From: Mobula hypostoma
Taxonomy: Eukaryota
DNA: 64,000 bases
Assembly (NCBI RefSeq): GCF_963921235.1
Contig: NC_086097.1
Coordinates: 151,530,001 to 151,594,000, forward strand
Direction: 5' to 3'
Shown: positions 62,440 through 64,000 of the stretch, piece by piece
Position numbering within the stretch: position 1 is the stretch's first letter
Layout: the number at the start of each line of letters is the position of its first letter
Notes under the pieces: generated by a model
Told to the model about the DNA's origin: nothing
The model's database searches: none
Seen by the model: the letters and a program-made list of their open reading frames with translations, nothing else
Made by a program: the position numbers and the translations under genes

Positions 62440-64000
62440 TGAAGAGGACACAGATGCTAGGAAGTTTAGGAGAAGGAAGAGTTGATGTCCTGTAGCATAA
62501 CTACATAACAAAGGAGGAAGTGTTGGAGGTCCTGCAATGCATGATGGATAATACATACCTAGGGTTTAATGAGATTTATCCTCGGATGTTATGGGAGGCA
62601 AGGGACAAGAGTGCTAGCAGACATTACTGTATCTTTGTTAGCTACACGTGTAGAACTGAAAGACTGGAAATCAGCTGATGTTGTGCTTTTACTTAAGAAG
62701 AGTAAGCTTTACATTAGTAGTGAGAACATAATTGGTAGGGATTCTGGAGACAGCATTACTGTATTTGGAAGTGCAAGGATAATTGTAACACGCTGTAAGG
62801 TTTCACTGCTAATGTAATGGCTTCTTTGTAATGTTCACTGCTGAAGTAACAGTTTCTCTGTAGCAGCAATGTTTGGGCTATGGCTGGAGAAAACAGGACT
62901 GTGGAATGCATGTTAACCAATCGAGATTTTGTTGCCCTGTCTTGTGAATCTGGAAGCAGTTGATTTCGTGGGCATTTGCCGGACAGAGATAGATAAAGTG
63001 AGAAGACGCGAATGGACAAACTTGGTAGACCGCCAGACAGGGTGGACTCGGATTGAGGGTCCGAAGGGCAGCAATGATCGAAGGAGGTTGATGGGGACCG
63101 ATAGGCCTATGAGTGAGCTCCAACTTTGCGCACAGACTGTTTAATAAAATTGGGCCCTTGTTTAAATTTTGTTTCTCTACTAACCATATAGTCAAAGTAA
63201 GAACTATAAAGCTTAATCATTTAATCGCATATTGTGTACTGTTTGTTATTTCGGGGTACTGATTTGTAACAGGGGACACTGCACAGCATCCTCCCAAACA
63301 AGATTTCTTAAGTTTGGCCAGACAGGGGGTTATCACCCCCTATATTAAGCCACTAGGCGAAGTGAGAGTTACATAATTAATACTAGTCAGCATGGATTTG
63401 GGCATGGGAAATCACCTCTCATGAATTTGATTGAGTTTTTTAAAGAGGTGACCAAGAGCACTGATAAAGGCAGTACGGTATTTATTGGCTACATGGAGGT
63501 GTCAAGGCCTTTGACATGGCTGTGCGTAGTAGGCTGGTCTGGAAGAATAGACACATGGGATCAAGGATGAAGTGGCTTATTGGATACAAAATTGCCTTGG
63601 AGGTCGGAGGCAGAGAGTGTAGTAGAGGACTGTTATTTAGATTGGATGCCCATGACTATGACCAGTGTTGTGTTGCATCGATTAGAGTTGTGTCCTCTAT
63701 CATTTGTCATTTATATTCATGATCTGCATGAGAATGCAGCTGACATCAGAACTGGTGGTGCAGTGGACAATGAAGCAGGTTGTCCAAAATTATAAAAGGA
63801 CATAAATCTACTGGGGAAGTGAGCAAGGGAATGATGGATGGAATTTAACTCTGACAAGTGTGAAGTGGAGAATTTTGGGACGTTAAATCAGACAGTTAAT
63901 GGCAGGTCCCTGGAGAGTGTTGCAAGTACACAGTTTCCCAGAAGTGGCAACACTGTTGGGATGTCATATTAGCATTATACGAAGCATTGGCTGGGCTGTA
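62440..64000 (+). mobile_element. Degraded CR1 LINE interrupted by a solo LTR, runs off the window
   Basis: DWKSADVVLLLKK, agtcagcatggattt, aatttgattgagtttttt, atggaatttaactctgacaagtgtgaagtg. Confidence 0.8.
62784..63373 (+). mobile_element. Solo LTR (590 bp), Gypsy-like by TSD length
   Basis: TGTAAC...GTTACA termini, exact 4-bp TSD TAAT (62780-62783, 63374-63377), internal AATAAA near 63143. Confidence 0.88.

Noticed and set aside
1..64000. CRISPR arrays, rRNA, tRNA or prokaryotic operons
   Set aside because: Vertebrate-type repeat landscape; no regularly spaced repeats or RNA-gene signatures seen

Overview
Eukaryotic, repeat-dense genomic DNA. The repeat repertoire (CR1 LINEs with TTCTATGT tails, Penelope-like elements, Rex1/L2-type LINEs, HE1-like SINEs) points to a cartilaginous fish, probably a ray; this is an inference. 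The only recognisable host coding sequence is the last coding exon of a STAR-family (Sam68/SLM) gene, best matching KHDRBS3/SLM2 (+ strand, 20456-20556, GQEEWTNSNSRMKAPPTRAPKGAYREHPYAPRY*). Positions 1-20455 are therefore probably its last intron, and a TE-free, U(U/A)AA-rich 3' region follows. That region holds a candidate internal 5' splice site 68 nt after the stop, a well-formed 62-nt downstream exon (22043-22104) and a possible distal terminal exon (35962-~36370). This is the layout expected of the splicing-coupled NMD feedback loop described for mammalian SLM/Sam68 genes. The rest is mostly transposon debris, often nested. Most notable are GIY-YIG Penelope-like elements whose terminal repeats carry minimal hammerhead ribozymes with a loop-less palindromic stem III. 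Several are inverted (fold-back) insertions bounded by ~14-bp target-site duplications. Also present: a solo LTR, hAT MITEs, an RTE-derived short element and a non-coding retroelement with a YY1-like 5' end. Most ORFs in the supplied track are TE fragments or their antisense shadows. All calls are by eye; no database searches were run.
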